Positions 43,949 through 54,200 of a stretch of DNA of 64,000 nt are shown here, piece by piece. Where the stretch lies: sequence record PV764603.1, one strand, 5' to 3'. The position numbers and the translations under genes are program-made. Position 1 is the first letter of the stretch, and every line of letters starts with the position of its first letter. The notes below the pieces were generated by a model, which worked only from the letters and a program-made list of their open reading frames with translations, made no database searches and had not been told where the DNA came from.

Positions 43949-44723
43949 GCTCAAGAAAATTCCTCTTCTGCTGGGAACCGGAGAAGCACAGGTGAGTGCT
44001 TCTGCCTTCGACCTCGGGGCGCTTAAGCGCCCCGGGGTGGTAAAGAAGAAAAAGAAAAAGGAGGTTGTTGAGGAAGAACCTGTCAAGAAGAAGCGGAAGA
44101 AGAAATCGCAGGCCAATTTTGCTCCCGAAGAGAGTGCGATGGCTGAGGTGCGTGAACGCGCCGAGCAGCTACCTGCCTTGAAGCACCACGAACCCAACGA
44201 TCTTGAACTGCAAAAGCTGCGCGACGCTAAACGGTCTATGCGCAACCTTGAAGGCACGTTCAAGAAGTATTCACCCGAAGCTGCCATGCTTATCGAGCGT
44301 GAGCAGATCGGTAGTAGTGCACAGCTGATTCAGCGAGGCATGCTGATGATGCTGCTAGACAGTATCCCGATTGCAGAAGACGCGTACCACTCGCGTCCTA
44401 GCCAGAGTAATGCCATTGCCTTGCAGGCCCTAATCAATACGGGTCGAGACGTGCTGGCTGAAATCGAGCAAACCAACGACGGTACGGAACTTCTGTCTGC
44501 TCTCATGAACGAAGTGATGCTCCCCAACTTCCATGAGATTGCACACCACCTTGTTATGGCCCTGTTCCACCTACGTGAGCAGGTGCAGAACGTAGTGCCG
44601 GACAACATGCGGCGCGTGGTTGACGGAAAGTTCAACGACATTGCACAAGAGATCCGAGTCTACCTCAGTGAGAAATTCGTTGACCTGCGCGAGCGTACTA
44701 TGGAACGCTTGAAGGAAGGTTAA
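43923..44723 (+). CDS. Putative terminase small subunit (T4 gp16-like helical core) with Lys-rich N-terminus
   Basis: Helix pair MLMMLLDSIPIAEDAYHSRPSQSNAIALQALINTGRDVLAEI resembles the gp16 oligomerisation helices; adjacent HNH gene. Confidence 0.4.
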   Translation: MMTKPKKSKLKKIPLLLGTGEAQVSASAFDLGALKRPGVVKKKKKKEVVEEEPVKKKRKKKSQANFAPEESAMAEVRERAEQLPALKHHEPNDLELQKLRDAKRSMRNLEGTFKKYSPEAAMLIEREQIGSSAQLIQRGMLMMLLDSIPIAEDAYHSRPSQSNAIALQALINTGRDVLAEIEQTNDGTELLSALMNEVMLPNFHEIAHHLVMALFHLREQVQNVVPDNMRRVVDGKFNDIAQEIRVYLSEKFVDLRERTMERLKEG

Positions 44724-44725
44724 GT

Positions 44726-45100
44726 ATGCCCATACGGAAAACGGGAACGGTCAAGGTCAACCGCCGCTCTGGAGGAACCCATCGAATCGTTCGGGGCAAG
44801 TACACGGGCACTAAGGAAGGGTGGCGCTCCCTGTCGGACAAGATCAAGAAAAGAGACGGCTGGTGCTGCCGCAAATGTGGCAGGAACAAACTGGCTGTGC
44901 GCGCCCGAGGTGACTTCCTAGAGGTTGACCACATCATCCCGATTTCCAAGGGCGGCACTGATTCTCCCAGCAATCTATGGACGCTTTGTAGCACCTGCCA
45001 CGGAAAGCGTCCCGGCCATAAACACCTGCAAAAACGTAGGCAACCAAATGCGAATTCTCCAAAACCTGCGCCATACCGGATCGGCTCCTACTCAGGATAG
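44726..45100 (+). CDS. HNH endonuclease (HK97 gp74/McrA-like)
   Basis: W..L...IKKRDGWCCRKCG...LEVDHIIPISKGGTDSPSNLWTLCSTCHGKR. Confidence 0.92.
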   Translation: MPIRKTGTVKVNRRSGGTHRIVRGKYTGTKEGWRSLSDKIKKRDGWCCRKCGRNKLAVRARGDFLEVDHIIPISKGGTDSPSNLWTLCSTCHGKRPGHKHLQKRRQPNANSPKPAPYRIGSYSG

Positions 45101-45614
45101 CCCCGAAACTGCCTCCTTGCGCCGCCTCACCAATACTGTAAAGAAGGGGGAAGTGCAGAAAAACCCAATTTCGTCCAAGCGGCTAGAGGTTCTCTCCGGA
45201 GAGGCTCCAGTTGCTTTCGACGTTATCGAGCCTCCGGCATCTGACCTTACCCCGCTGCCTACTGTATATGGGCCGCCGGTCATCCCGGAAGGTGACGTGG
45301 TTCCTGTCTTCAAGAAGCGCAATCTTGCGAACGAGAATCGGAGAGAGATACGCCTGCTGAAAGAGCAGCTGCGTGACCTGTCTGAACCCTCCGAGGACGA
45401 ACAGCTTGATCGTATCCTCGACTGGCTCAGTTCCAAGAATCTGGATGACGGATTCAACTACGCGCAGACGTTCTACAACACCACGTTCCTTGAGAGTCTG
45501 GACAAGAGCTTCGCCATCCGACTCGCTCAGAACCTATACGCCATGTTCGCCAGTCAGGGGCGCGTTTACGCTCCGTGGGCGGACTTCGTTTCACATACTC
45601 CGGTGCTGGCATGA
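45048..45614 (+). CDS. Hypothetical protein (188 aa), putative processed head protein
   Basis: Start re-assigned to ATG 45048 (MRILQNL...PETASLRR); overlaps the HNH end by 53 nt. Confidence 0.6.
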   Translation: MRILQNLRHTGSAPTQDSPETASLRRLTNTVKKGEVQKNPISSKRLEVLSGEAPVAFDVIEPPASDLTPLPTVYGPPVIPEGDVVPVFKKRNLANENRREIRLLKEQLRDLSEPSEDEQLDRILDWLSSKNLDDGFNYAQTFYNTTFLESLDKSFAIRLAQNLYAMFASQGRVYAPWADFVSHTPVLA

Positions 45615-48600
45615 AAGAGATAGCGGCAACGCTGACTAACAACCCCATTGAACGTCCGGAAGGCATTGACGAAACTTACCTGTATCCGCTGCTGCATGAT
45701 GGCGAGGCGGTGCAGTCGGTCCTTGGCCTGCTGGTCGCCGGTTGGAAGGGCTACTTGGCGGAAAGCGCCAAGAAGACGGGTAAGTATGCAGTCAACCTTC
45801 TAGATCGTAAGGACCCCGATCGCAGCCTGTTCATGCCTGATGAAGACTATCTGGCAGACTTGGGCGAGAACATCGGTAGCATCGAAAACTCTGCGCGCGT
45901 GCAGGTGCGTCGTGAGGGTAAGGGCTTCACGCTTTCCTTCCCGATCCTTGCTATGCACAAGGAAGACTACAAGAACAACACGCTCTCCCCGACCTCCCTG
46001 AGCAACCTTGCCAAGACCTTTCCCGCTACGGGAGACACGGGTTCCGCGATGGTGTCTCATAGCTCGCCGGAGAGCTATCAGCATTTCTACGAACTGCTGA
46101 CCAAGGTGATCCCGAAGGCTTCGCAGGCTCAGTTCTTCAACCCTGCTGAACCCATCGACATTTTCATCCCGGTTGACGTGACCAAGGAACACATTGGTTA
46201 CACCCCGAAGCTGGAGGCGCAGTTCGTTAGCGCTGAAACTCTACGGGCTGCTGAGAAGTACATCAAGGGCTATCGTCTGATCGGCCCACCGATTCCTTCC
46301 CGTCATCAGTACCTTGGCGAACTGTCGGTTACGCACGACGACGAAGAGACTCGCTACACCCCGACGTCCATCAAGGACGTGGTTAACAAGGGTGACTACG
46401 CAACTTGGGTTGCGATGAATCGTGAAGTCTTTGTCTACGCCGATCTGCACCTGCCGGAAGACTTCGCCAAGTTTGTTGGCCAGAGCCACAATCCGTCGCC
46501 GTCCATGATCTTTGTGTGGTTCATGGCGTGGATGCGCTATTGGGTTGGCGACAGCGCGAACGCTCACGTTGAGGCCGTTCGGCCCATGTCGTCCATTCGT
46601 GACGAGAACCTGCATCGTCCGAACAAGCCCAAAGTCAACAAAGACGGCTTGATGATTTCCCCGGACGGGTACATCTACTACATCCCGACCGTGGATAACG
46701 TAGACCTGTACGAGCAGGCATTCCACGAATTTGTGGAACGCGACGGTGGCGTGTTCACTCTTGCGGACATGCGTAGCACGGTCAAGCCGACCAAGAAGCT
46801 GCCTGCCAACAAGCTGATCTACACCGATTGGGAGAACAACAAGATCGCCTACTCCAACTCGGATGGTTTGGTCAACATCCTGAATCTGGACGGCTATCAG
46901 CCTGTGACTTCTACGCAGGCCCGTAACTTCCTAGACCTGCCGATCATGAAGGTGCAGCAGCGCACTCGCGTCAAGCATCTGGCTTCGGTACTTACCTACA
47001 CCCTGCGCAACCGTGTGCCTGAGCGTCAGATCACGGATATGTCGGAGGAGACTCGCCGTGGGTTGGTCGCCCTGAACGTTAGCTCCCACCAAGTCGGGGG
47101 TGCCTACGTGAATGGCGAAGTCGGTCCGTTCATGGCCACCTTGGACAAGTCGGTCAAGGTGCTTGGCGAAATGTATGCACAGGCACCTAATAGCGTTCCT
47201 GCTTTGTTCCGTGACTACGCTGACACCTACGGTCACGAACTACAGGACGTGAAGTTCCACAACCTGTTCGACTTTGCGCCTATCAAGTGGATCGGTAACG
47301 CTCTGCAAGGTGCCTTCCAAGCAGTTTCCCCGTCGCTTGTTCTGGCCGAACACGCCAGCGAGCACGATCAGGAAGCCATCGTCAACTTTATCGAGTCGCG
47401 CTACCCACTGTCGGGCATGGAAGAACTAGGCACCCTCATCGCCCTAGTCAAGTACGGCACGAACTACCCGAAGATCGTTTCCTACGATCTGGCACGTCGC
47501 CGCCAGTACCTTGAGCCTGTGATTCCGGGCTATGACTGGCAGCCCAAGCCGCTTCCCTACGTCGCTGAGAACCGAGCCTTGATGCCGCATCAGGCACGCA
47601 TCGACGGCATCCTGACGCTGAACAAGCCGGACTGGACGATCCTTGACGTTGACGCTGGTGGTGGTAAGACGGGTATTGGCCTGCGCTACATCATCACCCT
47701 GTTGGAAGGCAAGGACGTGAAGCGGGCGTGCATTACTTGCCCCAGCTTCTTGGTGAAGAACTACATCGAAGAGAACGTGTACTTCTACGATGGCCGGATC
47801 AACATGATCGTCATCAGCACGGACACCCTCAACACCTACGGTGAGGATGGCCTGCGCACGATGATTGAGAACTCGCCTCCGAACACCATCCTGCTGACTG
47901 ACTTTGGGTTCCTGTCCAACCATCACCGCAACCGCGTCGTGTTCTACGGCAGCGGCGAAGTGACCATCAACCTCAATGCGGAATTCCTGACCACGCTGGG
48001 CATCGACTACATGATCGTAGACGAATCGCACGGCCTGCGCAACGAGGAAAGCAACAAGAGTCAAGCAGCCCGTAAGCTCGCCCTGACGATGGACAAGAAG
48101 GCCATCGCTACGGGTACGTTCATCAACAACCAAATCAGCGACACCGCTGGTCAGTTCGCCCTGTTTGACCCCTCGGTCTTTGGCAACAAGCAGGACTTCA
48201 TTGACGAATTCGCAGAAGTGATCGTCGGTGGCAAGGTGGTCAAGTGGAAGGACAACGCTGAGGCCGAGATTCGTAAGCGCATTGGCATGCAGTCGTGTCT
48301 CATCAGCGCACGTCGTAAGGAATGGGGCGCAATGCTTCCGCATCTACGCGAGAGCATCATCCCTATCTATCAGGACGAACTGAACCCTGATTGGGTCGCT
48401 GCGTATCAAGCCATTCTGGAAGAAACGATTGAGGCCATCAAGGCCAACAAGTCGTTGGTAAAGCAGCTGCAAGATGACAACGTAGACGAACTGGACTTGG
48501 CAGGTGCGCTGAATCCATACCTCGCACGCCTCGAAATGTTCATGACCGCTCCCGGGTCTGACCCGCTGGGCGCGAAGGTGCTAAAGGGTGACGCTGCTAT

Positions 48601-50482
48601 CGGTCCCAAGGTCAAGGTGGTGGCTCAGATTGTTGATGAGCACGTGACTGATCCGGAGGCTAAGGACGGCAAAATCCTCATCATCACGAACTACCATGCG
48701 TCCGCAGATGCGCTCTACAACAACCTGCCTGCGCACCTCAAGTCCAAGTTTATCCGCTACCATGCGGAGAACAAGGATCGGGATATCAGTAAGTTCAAGC
48801 GTGACCCAGACATCATCGGCATGATCGGTGTGGAAGACAGTCTCGGTACGGGCCACAACTTCCAGTTCTGCTCGCGCATCGTGCGTATCGAAACCAAGTG
48901 GAACCCCGGTGATCTGGAACAGGCCAACGCGCGTATCTGGCGCCCTGATCCGAAGAACATCGGCAGTGAAGCACGCACTGTGTTTATTGATTGGGTGGTG
49001 GTTGATCGCACCATCGACGTGTGCAAGTTTGCTCGTCTGATTTCCAAGGTTATTTCCAAGGTCAAGTTTGACGAAGCAGACAATCCGAAGTACGACGATC
49101 TGGAAGCGCTGCCGATCATCAAGATGAACCTTGACACGATCCGATCGCTCAACTCGATCACGAAGCATCTGGCCGCGTATCACCAAGAGTACACGACGTA
49201 CAAGAACATCTACAACAAGGAAATGAAGGAGTTCCGCGAGAAGCACAAGGATACCTTCAAGTTCAAGCCCATTGAGAACAGCGGTGAACCGCTGCCGGGC
49301 GGCGCAATGATGCGTCATATTACCTATGTCCCTGAAATGCACCTGCCGGATACCAAGCAACTTGGCATCGTGCGCTACTCCGACTATGTGGATTCCCACG
49401 CAGGCGAGAATCAGGGCATCGTTGACTTTGACACCGTAGGCAAGTACGTCCATACGGAATTCGGCGACGGCAAGATCATCGGCATGAGCGGCTCGACCCT
49501 AAAGGTCAAGCTGAAAGATGGAACTATCATCAAGAGCATCAACAAGCTCAAGACGTTCATCATCCCCGACAAGAAGACCTATGACGCTGACGGAGACACC
49601 ATCCGTGACCGCATGGCTCACTTGATCGGTGTGCCTATGAAGAAGGCGAAGAAGAAAAAGGAAGTGCCTGCCGAAGAAGCTCCGAAGCCTGTGCAGAAGG
49701 TCAAGCGACTCAAGACGGTTGAAGAACCTGTCGAAGAGAAGCCCAAGAAGGCCAAGAAGCAGGAAGAGGAAGCTCCTAAGCTGCGCACGCTCAAGCCTAA
49801 GAAGGCGCCGCCTGCCCCGAAGGTCAAGAAGAAGCCAGAGGTCGATGCTGAACTGGAGTTCTTTGTGGAGGTGGCCTACGATCAAGTCACCCTCGGTACG
49901 TACAAGGATGAGGCAGACGAAGATGAGGCCGCGGTTGGCGTGCTGGAGTCGCTTGGTTTCAAGGATACGGGTGCGTACTCCTTCGCTATCATCAAGACTC
50001 GGAAGCACTTGGTCAACTTCCTCGAAGTGCTGCAAAGTAAGTTCGTGGTGAAGCCGGACTTCCTTGAACGTCTGGAAGACCTGCAAGCTTTCTTCAACAA
50101 GGGACCGAAGAACGCATTCAACGCTCGCAGTGCGCTCAAGGCAATGGACGTGCGTAACTTCTGGCGCATGAAGCGAAACAAGGCGGGTGCCAACGAAGTC
50201 AGGCCGTATGCTGTCGTGCTCAACCACGAACTGCACATTGCCTTCGCGTTGTCTTCCAACCAGCCCGCAAATCGCAAGGTGGCACGTCAAGTGCGTGTAC
50301 CGGGCGTCAAGTGGGATTCCTCGGATGGCGATTACATCAAATTCCTGCCCAACAAGGGCGCTGTAACTTCCACCCTTTCCGAACTGTCCAAGGCAGGCAT
50401 CACCGTTGCCAACCTCAAGGACGTGAAGAAGGTACTCTCGGAGCTCAAGCTCCACACCCCAGCCAAGAAAGAAGAGGAGTAA
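45611..50482 (+). CDS. Giant SNF2-family (SF2) ATPase/helicase (1623 aa)
   Basis: LMPHQ, DVDAGGGKT, MIVDESH, ATGTFINN, SLGTGHNFQ, WNPGDLEQANARIWR; about 640-aa unknown N-terminus; SH3-like VHTEFGDGKI; K/P/E linker. Confidence 0.88.
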   Translation: MKEIAATLTNNPIERPEGIDETYLYPLLHDGEAVQSVLGLLVAGWKGYLAESAKKTGKYAVNLLDRKDPDRSLFMPDEDYLADLGENIGSIENSARVQVRREGKGFTLSFPILAMHKEDYKNNTLSPTSLSNLAKTFPATGDTGSAMVSHSSPESYQHFYELLTKVIPKASQAQFFNPAEPIDIFIPVDVTKEHIGYTPKLEAQFVSAETLRAAEKYIKGYRLIGPPIPSRHQYLGELSVTHDDEETRYTPTSIKDVVNKGDYATWVAMNREVFVYADLHLPEDFAKFVGQSHNPSPSMIFVWFMAWMRYWVGDSANAHVEAVRPMSSIRDENLHRPNKPKVNKDGLMISPDGYIYYIPTVDNVDLYEQAFHEFVERDGGVFTLADMRSTVKPTKKLPANKLIYTDWENNKIAYSNSDGLVNILNLDGYQPVTSTQARNFLDLPIMKVQQRTRVKHLASVLTYTLRNRVPERQITDMSEETRRGLVALNVSSHQVGGAYVNGEVGPFMATLDKSVKVLGEMYAQAPNSVPALFRDYADTYGHELQDVKFHNLFDFAPIKWIGNALQGAFQAVSPSLVLAEHASEHDQEAIVNFIESRYPLSGMEELGTLIALVKYGTNYPKIVSYDLARRRQYLEPVIPGYDWQPKPLPYVAENRALMPHQARIDGILTLNKPDWTILDVDAGGGKTGIGLRYIITLLEGKDVKRACITCPSFLVKNYIEENVYFYDGRINMIVISTDTLNTYGEDGLRTMIENSPPNTILLTDFGFLSNHHRNRVVFYGSGEVTINLNAEFLTTLGIDYMIVDESHGLRNEESNKSQAARKLALTMDKKAIATGTFINNQISDTAGQFALFDPSVFGNKQDFIDEFAEVIVGGKVVKWKDNAEAEIRKRIGMQSCLISARRKEWGAMLPHLRESIIPIYQDELNPDWVAAYQAILEETIEAIKANKSLVKQLQDDNVDELDLAGALNPYLARLEMFMTAPGSDPLGAKVLKGDAAIGPKVKVVAQIVDEHVTDPEAKDGKILIITNYHASADALYNNLPAHLKSKFIRYHAENKDRDISKFKRDPDIIGMIGVEDSLGTGHNFQFCSRIVRIETKWNPGDLEQANARIWRPDPKNIGSEARTVFIDWVVVDRTIDVCKFARLISKVISKVKFDEADNPKYDDLEALPIIKMNLDTIRSLNSITKHLAAYHQEYTTYKNIYNKEMKEFREKHKDTFKFKPIENSGEPLPGGAMMRHITYVPEMHLPDTKQLGIVRYSDYVDSHAGENQGIVDFDTVGKYVHTEFGDGKIIGMSGSTLKVKLKDGTIIKSINKLKTFIIPDKKTYDADGDTIRDRMAHLIGVPMKKAKKKKEVPAEEAPKPVQKVKRLKTVEEPVEEKPKKAKKQEEEAPKLRTLKPKKAPPAPKVKKKPEVDAELEFFVEVAYDQVTLGTYKDEADEDEAAVGVLESLGFKDTGAYSFAIIKTRKHLVNFLEVLQSKFVVKPDFLERLEDLQAFFNKGPKNAFNARSALKAMDVRNFWRMKRNKAGANEVRPYAVVLNHELHIAFALSSNQPANRKVARQVRVPGVKWDSSDGDYIKFLPNKGAVTSTLSELSKAGITVANLKDVKKVLSELKLHTPAKKEEE

Positions 50483-50487
50483 TACCA

Positions 50488-51129
50488 ATGCTGTCCAAAT
50501 TCCAAGTTACCAAGGTGCAGCAGGCGCTGGTCAACCTCGGCCTTGTGGTCGAAGGCTACCTGCCGGAGGGTGAATGGGACGCTATGACCAACACCCTGTA
50601 CTGGCGTTACGCCACCAACACCCCGCCTTTCGTGGCAGCCAACGCTATCGGCTTTGTGCCGGGTGACGTGTACCTGCTGCATCCGGGTGTAGTGGAAGCG
50701 GTAGGTGGTGCCGAGGCGTTCTACGATGAGAATTTCGTCGCTCCCGTCGCGGATGAGGAACTGGATGAGGAACTGGATGACACCCCGGCTCTCGATCCTG
50801 CTGTCTTCGCAGCCCTGAACGCCGCTGTGCCAGAAGCCACTGACCTGCCTCCGGCCGACGATCAGCTGACTGCATCGCAGACTGGCCTCATCGACGAAGC
50901 CCCATCGAGCGCAGAGCCGGACGCTGCCCCGCCGCCGGTGAACGCTGATGCACAGGACGCTGGCACCCAGCAGGAAGAGGCAGAGGAAGAAGAGTACGAC
51001 GACGAATCGGATGAAGCGGAGGAAGAAGACGAAGACGATTCGGAAGATGAAGACAGCACCAAGGATGAGGTGACCGAGCCGGTTGCTCCGCCGACTGGTG
51101 CTAAGAAGAAGAAAAAGAAGAAGCGCTAA
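50488..51129 (+). CDS. Highly acidic protein with PG-binding-like N-terminus and poly-Lys tail (213 aa)
   Basis: VTKVQQALVNLG...EGEWDAMT; long D/E tract; ends GAKKKKKKKR; start re-assigned to ATG 50488. Confidence 0.6.
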   Translation: MLSKFQVTKVQQALVNLGLVVEGYLPEGEWDAMTNTLYWRYATNTPPFVAANAIGFVPGDVYLLHPGVVEAVGGAEAFYDENFVAPVADEELDEELDDTPALDPAVFAALNAAVPEATDLPPADDQLTASQTGLIDEAPSSAEPDAAPPPVNADAQDAGTQQEEAEEEEYDDESDEAEEEDEDDSEDEDSTKDEVTEPVAPPTGAKKKKKKKR

Positions 51130-51147
51130 CCCTTCGGGTTAAGCATT

Positions 51148-51180
51148 GAAAGGGGCGTCTTAGGGCGCCCCTTTCTCGTT
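51148..51180 (+). terminator. Terminator at the late/replication module boundary
   Basis: GAAAGGGGCGTC-TTAG-GGCGCCCCTTTC followed by TCGTT; small hairpin TAACCC/GGGTTA just upstream. Confidence 0.7.
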
Positions 51181-51245
51181 GCTGGAATCCTGTAAACGAT
51201 AACTGTAGTGTGTATGCAAGCGTACCATCCTAACAGGAGTTTTGA

Positions 51246-54200
51246 ATGCCCTTTCAACGGGTGAAAACCACCAAGTTCAAGAACAAGGTTCCTTCGCATT
51301 TGCGGGAACTGCATTGTTCACCGTTTGACCTGAGTGTTCCGTATGAGCCCTCGACCAAAGGCAAGCGGTGTCTGATTGTAACGGGTCACGTTTCAAGGCA
51401 CGACCTTGAAGCGAATCGCTTGCTTTCCAGCGCTGAGGACAAGCACGCGCTGTCGGTAACTCTCGAAATGGCCCGCAAGTGGGCCAAGCACTTTGCCAAG
51501 GATGGGCAGTCGGTAGAGAACTACTCGTTCTCCACTATCAACTTCAACTACCACAAGAACTATCACCTGTCCTCCGAGCACCACGCCGAGTCTGTCCGCC
51601 TGTCGGTCAAGCGCGTGAAGGAGTACATCGAAGAGGTGAAGCCGGACATCATCTTGGTAATGGGCGACTCTGCATCGCGTCATCTGCTCAAGACGAAGAC
51701 CGGTCACATCAACCACGGCCTTGTCCACAAAATCTCTGTCGGGGATACTGACTACAAGGCAATCCCTACGATTGAACTGTCTACGCTCACTATGGATCCG
51801 TATATGGAGAATGGTGAGAAGTACGAGATTGCCAAAACCAATCTCTTCATGTACGCGGTTCGGACGATCTCCAGCATCTACCTTGGTAAGCCGTGCGTAA
51901 GCTTGAAGGGCGTGAAGCCCAACGCGGTATTCGTCAATACGATGAAGCGCTTCAAGAAGATGATGACCGAGGTGTACGCAGCCTCTGCCGTCTCTGTCGA
52001 TACTGAAACCATCGGCTTGAAGGTGCTGGACAACGACATTCTGACCATTCAGTTTGCCACTAGCTCCGAGAAGGGTTACGTCCTCGCGCTCAAACACAAG
52101 GACTGTCCGTTCAACGCCAAGGAACTGAAATACATCTATGCGGAACTGCGCAAGTTCTTCTCGCAGAAGCGACTGCCGCATAAGAAGTGGAAGAAGCAGC
52201 CGTATCTCATCATGCAGAACGGCAAGTTTGATTTGCGCGTGCTCCGAGAAGACCTCAAGGTTCCCTGCATCCAGATGCCGGTATGGGACGTGCTCGCTGG
52301 CGAGTTCGTGTTGGATGAGAACCTCATTGACCTCCGAATCCACACTGACCTCAAGGGTGCGTGGGGCTTGGAAGTTATGTCGGCCCGATACAACAACACG
52401 TGGTATCAGACTGCTGAATTCGGTAAGGCAGATCGCGTCACCATCAAGGAAGTATCGCTGAACCAAGCGGAACTTGACTACTGCGCAATGGACGTGCAGA
52501 TGCCGTTCGCTATCCATCTGGCCCAGCAGAAGATCGCACAGGCAATGGAACACGAAGGCGGAAACTATCTGGCGGACTACCGCCGCATGATGCTTGTCCA
52601 GATGAGCAACATGGTGCACCAGCTGTCATCCATGAAGCAGCGCGGTATGCCGCTGGATATGAACTACCTCATGCTGCTGCGTAGCAAGGCCAGTCCGCTC
52701 CGCAAGATGATTGTTGAGGTGGAGAAGAAGCTCAAGGAAATGCCGAACGTAAAGAAGGCCAACTCCATGTTGCTTTCGGAACGAGGCGCACCCTCCAAGG
52801 GCCTGTTTGGTGCAGTCACTAGCTGGATGTTCGACCTCGGCAAGTCTGCTCACAAGATTCTTCTCTTCATCGACTTGCTCAAGCTCAAGCCCGTCAACTA
52901 TGGCAAGGATGGCACGACGCCTGCGATTGACAAGGTGTTCCAAGGCGCCTACGCTGACGTGCCCGAAGTTGCAGTGCTGACTGAACGCTCGAAGATCAAG
53001 AAGCTGGATGACAGTTACGGTAAGGGCATCTGGAATCAGGTCAAGGCAGACCCTGACGTGAAGAAGGACGGACGTATTCGCCCCGAGTACGGCTTCCTGC
53101 TGGTGACTGGCCGTACCAACTGTACCGGTCCTAACCTACAGCAGATTCCTGAGCACGGCAAGCTGGCGCCAATCATCAAGCGCCTGTTCTACGCACCCGA
53201 GGGCACGCTGCGAATCAAGTTCGACTTCTCGGTGCACGAAGTTCGTGGCTGGGGTATCGTGGCTAACGATAACGTCCTCCTGAGCACCTTCAACAACATC
53301 AACGATCTTGTGCTGCGCTTCCGTAAAAAGAAGAACCCCACTGAGGCAGACAAGACCGAGGTGGAAGTCAAGGGCGACATGCACAAGCTGAACTACTCGG
53401 CGTTTACTGGCGTGCCGGTGGAGAAGGTAACGAAGGAAGAACGTCAGGGCGCGAAGGGTATTACCTTCGGTTCGATTTACGGCCAGTCGGTGAAGGCTCT
53501 TGCCGAGACGTTGAAGAAGACTGTCAAGGAAGCGCAGGAACTGACTGATCGGTTCTTCAAGAAGTTCAGCATGGCGAAGAAGTGGCTGGATCGAGTCGGT
53601 GAACAGGCGGTCAAGCGTGGTTACGTTACGAGTCCGCTGGGCCGTCGCCGTAACATGTGGGCAGGCATCCTCGGCTACGAGCGTCTGCACAATGCGTTGA
53701 AGCGTCGTGGTCAGAACAGCCCGATTCAGGGTATGTCGTCTGACATTGCAATTGACGCAGCCCGATTGATGGAAGAAGCGATCTACGATTTCCTGCTTGA
53801 TATGGATGAACTGCCGGAAGAGTGCAGCCGTCCGCCGATGGGTGTGTGCGCAATGGTGCATGACGCCACGGAAGCCGAAGCCCAGTATCGTCACGTGATG
53901 GCCCTGATTTGGATGATGGAATACTTCGCCATCCACGGTGTCCGCAAGTTCCTCAAGGACGTGTTCGACCTTGAAACGCATGTGGACTTCGCAATCGAAT
54001 TCGCCGTTGGCGCACTCGGTAGCGAAATGCGCAAGTGGGACTGGACCCAGGAGTGTCTATACGACATTATCTATAAGGCATTGCAGGATCAGAAAAACGA
54101 ACTCAAGTTCAAGGTCGATCCTGACACCGAGATTCTCAACATCTACAAGTGGGGTGCCAAGTATGCGCCGGAACTGCGCAAGCGCTTCCCACTGCCTGTA

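Noticed and set aside
1321-50487. Longer upstream starts given in the ORF track (1321, 21802, 32957, 37349, 39330, 44925, 45575, 50311)
   Set aside because: They overlap upstream genes or terminators and lack an RBS; downstream ATGs with RBS or coupled stop/start fit better.
1390-53981. Many long antisense ORFs (for example 1390-2712, 16745-17539, 21015-22019, 33840-35057, 42359-43336, 51393-52619)
   Set aside because: They lie exactly opposite well-supported genes, lack RBS or family motifs, and are explained by the strong codon bias of the real genes.
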